Assembly: GCA_977030845.1 (NCBI GenBank)
Contig: OZ365109.1
Location: 23,312,001 to 23,376,000, forward strand
Direction: 5' to 3'
Source of the DNA: Fimbriosthenelais zetlandica
Taxonomy: Eukaryota
DNA length: 64,000 bases
The position numbers and the translations under genes were made by a program. The notes under the pieces are model-generated. The model worked only from the letters and a program-made list of their open reading frames with translations, did not search any database and had not been told where the DNA came from. This document shows positions 40,031 to 54,500 of the stretch, one piece after another. The number at the start of each line of letters is the position of its first letter. The first letter of the stretch is position 1.

Positions 40031-43000
40031 GCGCCCCACCCACACACCAACTGTATTGACAACATATGAATGAAAACCATTAATTTACAATTATGAATCT
40101 CAGTTAAACCATGCCATGATATAACAAAATGACTAATTACCTAATATTTCCCTTCCTCAACGCGCTAGTCCGTACTTAAAACAGCTGCTCCCATTTGCAC
40201 AGTTAAAGGATTTATTTTTAACCCAAATTGCCTATCAATGGTTCTCGACTGAGACAGACTGAAAAGATTCACAGAAGCATGTTAAGAGCCCTGCTATCAC
40301 AGATTGTAGTTAAAACAGTCTGCTGCCTAGACAAATAAAAATGGAATGAAAATTAAGTGTTCCAGAGGAAAAGGCGATCAATCTGATGTGTCGATATGTT
40401 TTTTTTTTGCAAAACCGTGATGGCTCGGTGGCCGACAAGAATACGGCTCGTATGGCACTTGGCGCATGCTTCGCGTACACAAATTGGCTGTCTGTATAGC
40501 ATCGCTCTATGTATTTTCACACACAATTAATTCCTAGATGCTTAGTGTTTGCATGGGCTGTTTACTTAGTCTGATCCAGTGAATCGTGAAAGCAGCCCAG
40601 GATGAGATCATTATGCTCATGGGATCTATTCATTATCGCCATCGGAGGATAACGTTTGCCGGTTTGAAAGAATGGCTTTAATGTTAAAGCATATTGGTAA
40701 TCATGGCTATAATTAACACTTTCAATCAAGCCAATCAACTCCCTCCTACTTTCATCCACCCACTGAGTAAAGTGATACTATAGGGCCTTAGAATTAAATG
40801 AAACACTAGGATTCTAAGGAACATTCTAACCATTGATACCTTCCAGTTATTGCTTTCACCTGGGAATTTTCGCTTCAACCTCATATACATCCTTTCGCCA
40901 TCAAAATAAACAGCTAACGAAGCCCGAAAAGCTCTAAAATGTAATCTCATTGCTATCAAAAATAGCACAGAGGGATAAATTCCATCTCCTATTCTTATCG
41001 GCTTTTATCAGATTCTCCAATCCGTTTATGTTAATGATTGATTATAATTGCGAAGCTTACAAGGACGCGCGTTTCATGTTTGCAAAATTATTTTCGACAT
41101 GCAGTAGCAATGGCATGATTGGGAAGCATGAAGGGTTTCAATTCTAATTAGTCCATAAAGACTGGGTCAGCCTACTAGTCTTAATGAGTCCCTGGACGGC
41201 ATTGGCAGGCGCTTGTTACGGGCGATACCGGACGCAAGTGGTGTAATAAATAATAAAACTTTTTCCCGAGTCATGATTGTATATATATATACAAGGCGGG
41301 TAGAATGAGTGAAGGGTAACAGTACTCCATATTCACTTACTGTAGCCAACTGACATCCACTTACAAAAGATGATCCTATTAGTCCAAGGCAATGCAAATT
41401 AAACGGCAGAAAATCAGATAGGAGATAAGGCTGATTGTTATAAATTGTTCCCGGGAAAACAAGAGTGCGGGAGTAGGGATATTCCTTCTGAGAATAAAAC
41501 GAATGATAGATTGTCAATATATATATAAACATTCCATTAGAAAAAAATGAAATTAATGTGCTTCTGTTTTTTCTCTAGGTTAGTCATGGTTATTCAGCTT
41601 AGGGTGGTGCCTTCACTCCGCGGGAATATCCACTCTCATGGCAGGGTTGTTGCTCGGACGGGCGGATAATGCATCATAAACTGTGATAATTGGATTAATG
41701 TTATACGGGGGATGATCCATCACAGCCGCAAAGGCGCCTGAGAGGGATGGATGAAAATTTAAAGTGTTAGAGGCATCACTCCATTTCACTGCTCCGCACA
41801 TATTACAGGCCAGGGAGGGGAGGAGAGTTCTAAGGCGTTTGATCCCAATCCCACCTCAAAATAAGAAGGCTTTGTTTAAGGTTAATGAGCGGTTGTCTCT
41901 CCCAATTAAATCAACGTTTAACATAGGCTCCCCTTTGGGTAAATATACTTCGCTGATTAGGACGGTGAATCAAATTGCAGGCGATAAGCATAAAGGTCTC
42001 ATAACGGAAATTTTGATAATTATACTTTTGGGATGCAATTGCAATTGATGTGCCAACTGACTTAAGACTGGAGAGGATCATCGGTAACTTCAATAGGTTT
42101 GTTTTACCTTGCGAGTACTGCAATCTGCCCATTTTCATAGAGCGACACCAAAATAGAATGTGTGTCTTAATACGTGAATTGCAATTTGTATATCGACTAG
42201 CCCTGACTCGCAGCCGTTGCGGAGATGCGGGAGCGTTCACTCCTTGCTTCAGATATTATAATCGCATCAACCGCAAACCGATATTTCCCACAAGGCAGTC
42301 AGTACTAAGTATTCCTCCCACGCGACAATTGTAAAATCATTCTATTCATATTTATGCTATGATTATATAATTTTATGTATAATTATATAAGTTTATATGA
42401 ACTTCACGAAATGTCAAGGTGGTGGCTGGCTTAGGATTTGTTCTAACTAATCCATTAATGATCCAGTAAGGTCGAGTCTCTCTAGAGCTTTCCTGCTACA
42501 TTGCAGTCAGCAGATTTAACAACCCATATGGACTTTCTTCTATAGAAAGCTGAATTAATATTGAATCTTCGATTTCAGCTTCATATGTTCTTCTATGATT
42601 CAGCGAATGAGGAATCTAATGAACAGCCAAAGTGAAGTTGAAATTTGTGATGAATATGAAAGTACAGCTTGCTGTAGCCTATTATGGCACTGTCCCAGGC
42701 AGAACCCTTTTTTAGCAGAGCGGAAAGTTACATTATAAGGAACTTGAATGAATTATGATTGCCGGACCCTACCGCCATCCCATGGCTGTCCATAAATATT
42801 AAACTTCAGTCTGTGGGGAGAAGGGGGAGACTGGCGCTGTGCTCTACACCGGCTTGCCTTGTCCCGTCCCCTCATATCAAATGCCTTCAAGTGATATATG
42901 TGGGAGTGTGCGGTCTCTGATGGGATTTGCCTCTCTACGTGCTAGCTTCATGGAGTGGCTATGGGGAGAGGGCCTTTGCTTCAACAGATGATCCATGGCC

Positions 43001-45175
43001 ATCAAGACATCATAGCGACATCTCAACAATACCTGGCATTGTCAAGCTTGGCCTATAGGTGCACCTGCCCGGTGATAAATGAGAAATAAACAGAGCTGCT
43101 CCTTCTTCCCTCTTGTTTCTATGTGTTACCACAATGACCCGATTCAAAACTCTTGGTTCCGCTTGTTGGTACTCTCCCCTTATCAATGTATATTATAAGC
43201 TACACGTCGCTAATAACTATGATACTTGAGCATGGGAAAGTAGGTGTTTGGAAGGAGGTACATGTGCTGCAGAAGCATCATTGTTTCAAGTATGAATATA
43301 CCTCGTAGCTGAATAATGCCTGCTCTATTTTGATTGTGCCAGTCTGTGCTGTCTTTGTTGGCCTAGCATCCCTTGTTGCTGCGTCTTCTGTCTTGGTCTC
43401 TGTCTTCCTATCGGTATCCATCTCTTCAGCCCATGACACTGTCCTTACAGTATGTCTGTCTGTTTTTCGCTATATCTGTCTCCATTATTCCCCCTGGCGC
43501 TTGGGCCCACAGACTCTTGGCGCTGCCTGTTCTGTCTGAGTCCCTGTCTTCCAGTCTTGTCTCCAGTCCCTGCTGACATCAGGCCATATTATGCCTGTCC
43601 CTCTCTCTACATTTCCATCAAACCCAATTGGAACTGAGAATGTCACCGAACAAGGCTTAACTTCTGACGTGATCTCCCCTGACTGTCAGCATGACATGTG
43701 GCCGGGGTCATAGCAAGAGGAAAGGAGAAAAAGAGTGGCCATTCCATAGCACTGACGCTAATTATAATAACACATGAATGAAAGCGATATCAAGCCTGTT
43801 TCCTTCACATGGCATGTGAGTGACAACTCTTCATTTCCTACCAACTATATTAGCCATACGATAGCTACTCCCCAGCTTTGGGCTATAGGCTGGGGGAACA
43901 TTGTATCCCCGAATGCTGTGTAGGATATTAGCTGTATACGCTCCCTTGTCTTTCTTCAGTCAGCTCGATCTGCATCTCAGATGGCATGGCTGTCAGGCCT
44001 GTGCCGATATGTTGTGATTTTAATCTGGGAATTACAAGGTTAATCATACTGTAGGGGAATGACTGTATGAATTCCCAATCCGTACTTGGCTCATACACAA
44101 AATGGCAACGTTGATAAAGATGGCATTTAATTGCTTGTCAGACGGTAACACTTCACCGCCTCTATAATAGAGCATTGCAAATGTGGCAGCTGCTTAATTG
44201 ATTCCCTTGTGGCTGCTACGTTCCATTTCTTTGGAATAACAATTTCTTTTCTAGCATTGTTGTTAGCTTCTTGAGATGCATTAATTAGCCTTATCCTTTG
44301 ATCAGCAGTTTTTGTTTGGTATTTTTCTGGGTGGGGCGCGGGGGCTGGCCCTATAGGTGGTGGGGATGGGGGTGTTGAAAAAATTTTTAGTATAAATTTA
44401 CAGGTCATCCACCCATCAACACACGGTGGTAATAATTACTGGCCGTTGGAAAAGCTGGATTAGTAGGTTCAATGGACTCCCAGCCAGCCTTTCCCTTCTA
44501 AAGTGAGCAGTTTTCTATGGCTCTCTTCATCACTCTCTGAATAGAAACTCCACGAGGCTGCTGCCAATTGACACATTCCCTCCCTGTAACACCCTACAGT
44601 GATATTTTGTATGACACAGCGTGGAACATGAAGACCACACCTTCGTTTTTTCAACCCTCACTACATGCATATATATACGGCTTAAGAGGATTCTATACGA
44701 GCTTCTCTCTCGCCCCCGTGCTTTCAATGTTTAAGTGTCATTCGGTACAGATATGTATAGATCAAAGCAGCGACAGGCAGCTGTAACACACCTGTCGCGA
44801 TAGTCTCTCAGAAGCCATCCAAAATGATGCAAGCTATTCTTATGTCAACTGACGTCCCTCCCTCCATACGTATTAGGCTCCCTTGGGACGAGGTGCCAAA
44901 GCTGATCGCGCTTCTTCCAAGGACTTGCTCGGTAAAGTTGCACTAAAATTCTGGAGGCATCTGTAATGCTTGAGTTCAGATACATAAGACACATGCTCAC
45001 TGAAATCTACACTGCTGGCAAGGATTTTGCAACAAGATAATTATTGGAACATTGTAATTTACCCAAAATCCCATTGTCAATTTTCAGCATCAGTCTATCA
45101 CTTTATTTTTCAGTTGTGACGAATTGAGGCCTTATTAATATTTGAAAACCTGCGTTCTCGGTGAAGTGATTCTAA

Positions 45176-45548
45176 CCTCTACTTTAGACCATTCAATCTA
45201 TCATACAAACGATTTAACTTGGACCATTTTCACAACCCATCTCGAATTCATTTCATATCCTATCAAACCTTTCCATTCCAAATACATGTTCCAAGTAATA
45301 GATGTGTTCAAATGTAAGAACATCGATTTCATCAAGTAAGAAGAGCACTGATTTTTACTGGGAGATGAACTTCATAGTTGCTTCACTGTTGCACCATAGG
45401 AGGCCCTGAAGGCAAACATGATAACCCCGTATCTGAATGAGCTGTAGATGTAATGAAAATGAAAGGTGAACCTAGGAAACGAATCCCTCTATTTTAGACC
45501 ATTCACTCTATATTCAAACAGTTTAAGTTGGACCATTTTTCACATCCC
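45176..45548. repeat. Pair of diverged direct repeats of about 63 bp (45176-45238 and 45486-45548)
   Basis: cctcta(c/t)tttagaccattca(a/c)tctat...caaac..tttaa(c/g)ttggaccatttt..caca(a/t)ccc occurs twice, 310 bp apart. Confidence 0.8.
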
Positions 45549-48500
45549 CCACACCTTTCTTTCTCTAGCCTGGATAATGAGCTTTCACGGTCCTTGGCTG
45601 TGATAAATCTTAGCTGGTGAATGGCACAAACCTCTCCTTCACACCGCTACACATTGTTTTGCATGGCCCCACCGAGAGGAAATTAGCCTATAGGCACACC
45701 ACATGGACTCCATTGAAGTCTTCCTTCAAACCAACCAAGTCAATGCTGACATATGACATTTTAATGAGAAGTGGATTCTTTAATTTCCTGAAGGCTGTCT
45801 GGTGTTAAGTTAGCCAAACAGTTGAGATAACATGTACGTTTAGCCATTTCGCCTCCGCAACCTTCTCTGTCTCCTCCTTTTATATTTGGGAATCTCATTA
45901 AGGCAAGGTCAACATCGACAAAGCTGGAGGCATGGCAGGATCAAATGGCAAAAACATAATACAACGACTCACTACTAAGTAAAGCTGCAGTATCATGTGC
46001 TAAGCTTTAAGAAAAGTGCCAACATGGCAGAATAGGCTCATTCATTATTTCCCCGGAGTGCCTTTCACAATACACAACTGTACGACCTTCCTTGATTCTT
46101 CCGTCAGTGCTTGATCAGCAAAATCGCACCCAAGGATAGGGTGGAAGCATCTTCTATAGTATAATGTGTGTCAGCCTTTGAAGACTGAACGAAGGGTACA
46201 GCAGCAAAATGACAAATACAACCGCGGTGCTTCAATGGTAGCATTCGGAAGTTCGCCATAAAATGTGTGTTTAATGAAGGGACTAAGTATAGGTGCCCGG
46301 GTTAAGACAATTTACATCCATTACCTTGATTAAACGAAGGAGCATACACGTGAGTTTGGCAGTGGAACCACTTATCTAATTCAAGACAAGAGGGTGTTGC
46401 AGTCCAAGGTAGTAATTGGCTAGCCTAGGAAGGTAATTATTCATAAGAACCTGCATGCCTGTATCTCGATAGTCTCCTTTTTCTCTGGCTCCATTTGTTG
46501 AAGTGTGTTCGATCAAAGATCCGGTGAGCAATTACAAAGGTCAGAGGTTGATGGGGGAGGAGGGGAATCCCTTTAATCCCGTAATCTAATGCTAGACTGC
46601 CTCAATTCAGTGCTCCCAACTAAGACGGGAATTCAGGGAATCTCATCTTAAGTTTTAAGCTTAAGTGGAGGAACCATATAGATTCTAATGTCCTCAAAGA
46701 GACATCACATCGTTCATTTTATAACCTAATATGTGAGCAAGCAGTGTGCAGCACTTCCAAATGTCTCGCTTGTCATTTCCCTTCGGAGAAGTATTCATAC
46801 CGATTTGTAACAAATCAGCAACTTCAACCCCTCAGTGTTATAATTATAAAAATCTTGAATATTTGGATTGGTTGGTGTTGCACTTTTCAGCGAAAGCCAC
46901 GGTCATGTTACAGCAACGAGGAGAAAACACGCTATCAGCTCTAGGGCCTGCTCTATCGATAGGCAAGAACAGAATCTTGTGCATGCCTCTCACCATAGTG
47001 GGAGACATTGCCGGCCTTTGATCATCCATTAAGCAGCAATTGGAGTTGAGTATTGAGAAGTAGTAGCGCATGCACGATTGCACAGATCCATGAATTATGG
47101 TTATTTGCAAAACCATTAATCAGTGACCACACGAGAGCCTTTCTACTGAACAAAATGATTTGAGTAAGAGGGTCATCATTATCTTGGACAAATGGTCCTC
47201 TTCTTGCTTGATCCTATTGACCGTGTTGTGAATGGTCCTTGGAACCATGTTTACCTTTCCAAAGATAACACGGTTTTCCTTCCTATTCAAGAAGACATTT
47301 TTCTTGGGGGAAAAACTACTAATGAATCATTCATGGTGGTCTCTGCAGGCCCAATCTCTCCGAGGGAAACAAAAGGGTGTTGGCCTGCTCAGGTTTAACT
47401 AAAACATGCCGGGGCATCCTCCCAATGAGTTGAACCTTTCACATTTGGTGCGTACCGGTCTTACCACCAAAGAAGTGTCACCTCTGGCTGTCAGAGGTGC
47501 TGACGATGCACAGGTGCACGCGATGGAGTCATCAGGCACCTGTCAGAATAGGTAACAAAATAAGCCTCTGCGGTCTCCCAAGCCATGCCCCATCACCCCA
47601 AGCCCTTTAAGTCATCTTAAAGGTAGGTAGGTTTGATCAGGCCCCAGTCAGCACTGACAGCAATGGGCAGCCAGTGACCCCAGCCTGTCCTCCAGCAGCC
47701 CGGGGTAAGTGGATTACAGTATTCTTCGGATGAGACCGAAGAAGAGACGGTCTTGGTTATCCCAAGTGTTTGGAGTGTTTGATATACACGAGCGACTGTG
47801 GCTTGTCAAGCTGGCCCTAGTCAGACTGACAGTGGATACAGAGGGAGGCCAGAGAAGGGGGCGGCTTTTCCTTCGCTCTTCTTCTTGACCAGCTAGCCGC
47901 AAACACAGCATCACATCTATCATTGGCTCACCAAGGCCCAAGGCTGGGGGATGGAGTCAGCGATTTGGACCACTTGGAATGTGATACTTTCACCTTGGGG
48001 CCAATGTCTTTTTTCATCCCCTTGCCCTGGGCATAGCATTCAGATTTCTTGAGTGAAGGGCCCGTGAATTTAAATACTTTTGGTTATGCGGCTCATTTCT
48101 GAAATTGCATGTCCATAATAATAACAAAGAATGAATAGCCATGGTCCTGTGTTTGACATTAAAAACTACAGGTCAATGTTAATTATTTTTAACATACCTT
48201 TTTCTTATTTGTAACGTCAAAATCAATAAATTATCATTAATGATTAGTACTTATCATTGATAACATCTTTCTGTTGCAGGAAATGCAAGCCAAGAAGGGT
48301 AAGATACGGTCGCATTGAAGTGGGAACCTTGATTTATTCATATCTTTCAAAAGGTTAACTTAATTATGGTTTTCAGAGGAAAAATGGACATTGGTCAGTT
48401 GTACTCAAGTTTAATAACCACATTTTAAAATGTACTTCTTGCTTCATATACCTCCTTGAAGAGCAAGCAATAATCCCAGTAGCAACTCTATCTGTATATA

Positions 48501-51500
48501 TATATGTGTATATATGATTTAGAGGAAAATATCTGATGATATCTGTGACATCACTCAAGAGGCTCGTGTCCATATTAAAGCTTTCATACAACGGCACAGA
48601 GCGAAATGAGTATGTCCTTTGTAAACGACTCTACATTTACTTCAGACACATCTCCTGTGTACATTTTATATGTACTTGATATAAGTGCAGTTGAAAGGGA
48701 AGCAAGATATGAGATGATATAGCAATTTCTTTTTTTCTCAATGATTACCATAGATCTGGAATCTGCGTCATGCATATAGAGAGGCCATTGCTTGAAATAT
48801 TATGAAGAACGAAAGATGATATTTCTCAAGGGGCTGCATGCGGAACAATTTTCGTGCGAATTGGCATAGATCTATGTATAATATAATTGTATACCCTATT
48901 GTATATATACGTCATTATTCTAAGGCTCATTTGTCTTCAAATAATTGCACTGAAATGGATTATTGAGAAATAACACATTGCAGAGAAATAATGCATTAGG
49001 GAGAACCTTATTTCCGTGAGCTGATTATTCTCATGTGTTATCGTGGGAGTTTATTATATGAAGAACTTTATTTTATTCCCAGGAACCTGTTTTACACGTG
49101 TAAAACCGGAAGCTATTAGTTTATAAATGAGAATGCTATGAAATATATATATCGTCTTTCATTTGAATATCTGGAACTATATAAAATGAAAAAAATGTGT
49201 TCTTATCCTATGACAAAAAGACAAATTACACCAAATCGCTAAATGTCACCTCATCCGACTGATAACAACTTATTGGTAGCAATTTATAACTCAATTATTA
49301 TTCATGATGATTTGACTTAGAATCGGGTTACTAGAAATAAATGTTGAACACCAACTAATAATTTTCCGAGAATTTCATTATAGTGTAACACAAGGGACTT
49401 TTTGCCATGCCTCAATACAAACGTTATTTTATGTTTTCATCAAGACACAATGATGGCATAATTATCAGTAATCTTTGTCATGAGCTTTTTATGACGTACA
49501 TATATCACGGGAAATGGGTCAGAGCTTCATAAGAAAGTGATGTCCATTATTTCCCTGACAACAACATTAAGAAATGAACCTTAAAGCTGGTAAGGAAAAT
49601 CAATATTAACCTGTCTCATTTTGCATCGGATTGTGATGTAATGGTGAAAGGCAACAAGGAAGAGTAATTGACTGATTGATTAATAGAACAAAAACTCAGT
49701 AATTAAATGATTAAATCTCACGACAAGTTTGCACATTGAAGGAGATGAAATAGGACATTCATGTAAAATTTTGGTATGTCGATCTCTGACAAGGCCTTAT
49801 AACAAATTAATTACTCCAGAGCTGTGAATATCCAAGTAGGAAAAATAAAGTCTACCGGTCTATCCCCGATTAAAATTATATCAGATTAAAACTTGTTAAT
49901 TATGAGCTTGTGTTTGTATAGGCCTATTAAACTATTTTGGCAGTTACGTGGAAGTAAACTTCAAATGAGAAATGTAATCACACTTTTTATGTCACCACTT
50001 TTTTCATTAGTCCCCAAATCATTTGAACCACATATCACATATCAGGATGAAATAAATAGTAAAGGCAATTACGACTGAACGGACGAAAAATTGTATTGGC
50101 CATTCAGATCATAGCGTGACGATCGATTTCAAATTAAATTTAAAAAGGGCCTTAAAGAAAGTGGAGTTTAACATGATTCTAATCCTTTAAACTTGCATGC
50201 CCAAATTGTTCACCTGTCTGAAACACAGCAACATGCATGCACATTGTGCATTTAATATAACCTTCAACGTTTTTATCAAGGTTATTAAATTTCTTCAACT
50301 AGCATAAGTGTTTGTGATTAAAATACTTATCTCACAAACATAAAATTTAATCGATAATTATTATCTTTTTCAGCGCCCCTTAAAACAGAGCGTAGTACAT
50401 ACTAAACGAACAAAGTATCAAATAACAGATATTGTATCGTAAAAAGTTAAGAGCGTAAAAATTAAGAGCAATAATAAGATCAGGTATGTAAAAGTTAATA
50501 ATTAGATTCTATAGCATGTACTATTATTGGTGTTCAATGCTAATTGCTTGATTTCTCAACAGGTGCGAACATTTAATTGAGATTATTAAACAGAAAAATG
50601 ATTTCTGTTTAATCCCTTTAGGGGTGACAGGTAAGTGACTGCTGGCTAAAAAGAACCATAAATAATGGCTATGCTTAATTAATGGGAAGCACACTATTTT
50701 TTATATCCCTAGCTTTAAAACATGGATTTCCTCGAAATAAAAACATTATAATGCATAAAGTAACAAATTCGACTTCAACTTAGATAAAGTAAAACTGAAG
50801 TAAAACACAATATTTTGGTTATACTGTACTTGATCACTTGTACTCAAGTACTTGTACTATGTACAAAGCAGCCAGGTGGTGGGTTTCAGGGCATAAGCCT
50901 GGGAAATTTGCCATCATGCGGCAAACATAGCCGTCACCATTGACACATCATTACTGGACTGCCATTATCCATCCCGCAAATCCTTTATGGCCTATCACAA
51001 ATGTCATAAGATGTGCTTCCTGTTTCTGTAAGAGGAATACATGTATATCTATAACCGAACAAGCAGGATGTTTCCTTTCAAAAAATACCTCCAGTCATGA
51101 GCTTGTTTCATAAGAAAGATGTTCCATTGTTTAGCTAAGGTTATATCTATGGAGTAATATAATATAGTGCACCTTTATTCAGAAACAGTCCCTGCAGGCT
51201 GAAAGTGAGACATCCCAGCATTGAGTACTTCTTTGCTGTATCCAATGGGATGTCGTAAAAACTCCCCATTTAACTTATGATATATCGGCGGCACATATGT
51301 GTGGTTTCCAGGCGTTGAATGCTAGAAATGATCAGCTTTTATTTCTTTGTTATCATCCAGGCTATGCCCCCACTGTACCATATCATGTTTTTTATAGGGA
51401 TTTGCTTTCTGGCCCGGAATTGCAATTTGATTGATAGTATGATTCAGACTTAACGGGTAGACTGGTTGCAATAACATTTAAATAGGGACACTTTTCATTG

Positions 51501-54500
51501 ATCTACGCTTTCTTGTATCGATGCTTCCTCATCTATTGACTCTTGGAATGGTATAATGCCCTTGGCCCGGGAGAATGATGGGCAATAGAGAATTCAACGA
51601 GCAGTAATGTGGCTTAGTTCACACTGAGGCATCGCCTCTTCCATTAGCTGCTATTGCTTTGAAATGGACACCAATATTTATACGATAGACAATAAATTAT
51701 GAGATGCTAACCCTTGCTGGCCTTCAAATATGCTCTGTGTAAAGGAATCCGATTTTTCTTTTTAACTTTAAGTGAAGCCGATTTCAGATTCCAGACACTC
51801 TGGGCTTCTCAAAAGTGCAGACTGTATGTCCATTGCCATTAGTTTATTTTACAAATTTATATGTTCAATTAAGTTGGCCATAGAAACATGACAAGATGGC
51901 GAAAACTACACTGATAAATCCATCTTTGCATTTCAGAAAATGGACCAAATCAAGGTCATTTATATATAGTAATAATCACCATGTAAGTGCAGTTATGAAT
52001 TCCTTATCCATATATATACAATAAAACATGTACGTGCTAAGGGACACAATGGACGGCACTTTGCATCAGCATACGTTTCTGCGGGTAACAATGGAACAAT
52101 TGGCCGAGTGGGATCCAATCCTTCCGGAATAAAGGGCGTGTCCCTGAAGATTATCCTACTCATCTGATTCTATAGGCAAGGCAGAAGGTATTTGTAGAGT
52201 GATAAATATTTATAGTAAACAGTGCTCACTGGAAGGATATTAAGGTCTCCATGTGTGTATGAACAGGCGGGCTATACCTCAGTAACTCACATTAGTCAAA
52301 ATCCACTGTAACTTTTCCATGCATTGCACTTTTCACTTAACTAATAAAATGGGTGTTAACAAGTCTATAATTCTCAAATAAGATATAACCGAAGTTTCGA
52401 ATGCGATTCATGGACAATTTACATTGAAATGTATGACAAAATAATGAAGTGTGTACTCACTGATGTGCGCTTCTGTATTTTGTAAAGGGGCACAAACAAA
52501 AATTACTGATCTATGCGCCTGTTTCTTGTAAGTAATTTTCAAGTAGCCACATGATGATATAATTGCCAGCAAGTAGCATTTATCGCATTTTAAAAGTGGT
52601 TACTGAAACACCCATGCAAAGCATACATAACATTGCAACCGATCGATTCCATGTACTGCATGCAAATGAACAATACCTTGTTAAACTTAAAGATAGGTTT
52701 TAGGTTAAATCGGTGATTGATGAGAACGAATCATCACATAAACATCTGTTTTTCTAATATGCTTACCGATGTTCATGGTATCCAGCACGATCATGATCAT
52801 TAGACTCTTTAGCCATTTTTATGTAGGAAAAGCTTTATTTCTAGTGCTGGGATAAAATTGATGGAAACCTGTTAAGCCTAGAGCTTGATAATGATCGAAC
52901 ACCCCGTGCATTGCCCACCTTCTGAAGCACGCCAAGCATTAAAAATCATGATGCGATTGTAGTTTACACGTGGATTTCTGGATTCATTTCTTTCCTATCA
53001 AAAATCGATTAAAGAAACGTTGCAGGAGCTACTCGGGGAGCTACTCTTGGACAATCAATTGGAAACAAAGGATACCAACAAGCTTTGCTGCCGCTGCATA
53101 TTGACAAAATGTGGCAATTACCATTGACATGTATTTACATAGTGTTATCAAATGCTGCTTGAGTGAAGGAGACAGTCAGTCCTCCAACATTAGGTTTTTT
53201 TTGGCTGAATTTGCTTTGTATATTTGAACAATCAATAAAACCGCTGTACGAGGGAGAGTTATTGGTTTGTTGCCACTTTTCAGTCTGTCTTTTATGCTGC
53301 TTGGTTTCATCGAGAATTGGCTGCAGTGCTCCAGAATCAAGGAAACTGCATATGCCGTGATGTGGCCCATCTTGCAGCAGTTGAGAGGGAAGACTTGGCA
53401 GGACACAAAGGGAACTCGTGTGAGAGAAGACACCTGGCCCAGGCGTTTACTACCTAAGTCCCCTTTCTATTTTACTGACCTCCCTGAAAAAGGTCCTAAA
53501 GTATAGGCGGCACTATAAATCTGCATGACTCATATTATATGCTGCTATAAATAAACAATATTGAAACCAAGCCACTGACACTGGATTCATGAACATGATA
53601 TCACCTAATCAGTGAGAAATAGCGCCAGAATCATTAATGCGCACCCCATCCCCCCGGGCTCCTCCCTTTCCCTCCCCTCTCCCCCTCCAAACTCGACCCT
53701 CACTTATGTCTTGATATAGATATTTTTTTTATTTGAATTCACGACATATATTCATTGAGAATCTCGTGCTGTTATGACTATAGTCTTGGCCATCAATGGA
53801 ACAGCGCAAAGCACCAAAGCATATTTACTATGTTTGCCACCATACTCAAAGGCAACTAATACCATCAAAGGCTGGCAATGCAACGTCTGCTATTTTGGAA
53901 GCCTATCCATTGACAAAGCTTCCTATTTTGCCATAGATTCCGTACCTTCAAATGGAAGACACCGGCATCATAATTCTAGCTTAGGTGCCCTAATTCAATA
54001 TGGCCGTCTGCTGGGTTACAAATTTACTAATGAAGTCCATCTTGGCAAGTCAGGTGAGAGTTAAATATACAGAAGGTTTAAGTGAGTAAAGAAGCCAGGA
54101 TCAAAGAAAAGCCTGGGGCTGGTGGCACCATAGCAATCTTGGACTTCACCCTCACCAACTTACCTTCTATAATCATAGCCAAGATCGAGAGGAATTTTTA
54201 TTTCTACCTGATCATATAATCACCGTGTTTACTATATATATACCTCACTCCCAGTCCCGTTAAAAATGTGCCACTCGTAGAAGATGCTACAAGGCTTGGC
54301 CATGTTGACACAGGCTGAAAGTGACCATAAGTGTCCTGTATAGATCCACGTACACTCACATGACTTTGTTATGGTAGTGCCTCGCCAGCAATTTCCATTC
54401 TCGTATGCATATTCCTTTGGGCTTTTCTTCGCCCGCACATGTATACGTGACTAGTATGAGTTATTGCATCGCACTTCTTGTGAGAGTTTCTGCTAGCCCG

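Noticed and set aside
54232-54453. Segment from ctatatatata to cgcccg...gactagt resembling a non-autonomous Helitron
   Set aside because: The 5' TC terminus is absent and the 3' hairpin is poor; it would need multi-copy evidence.
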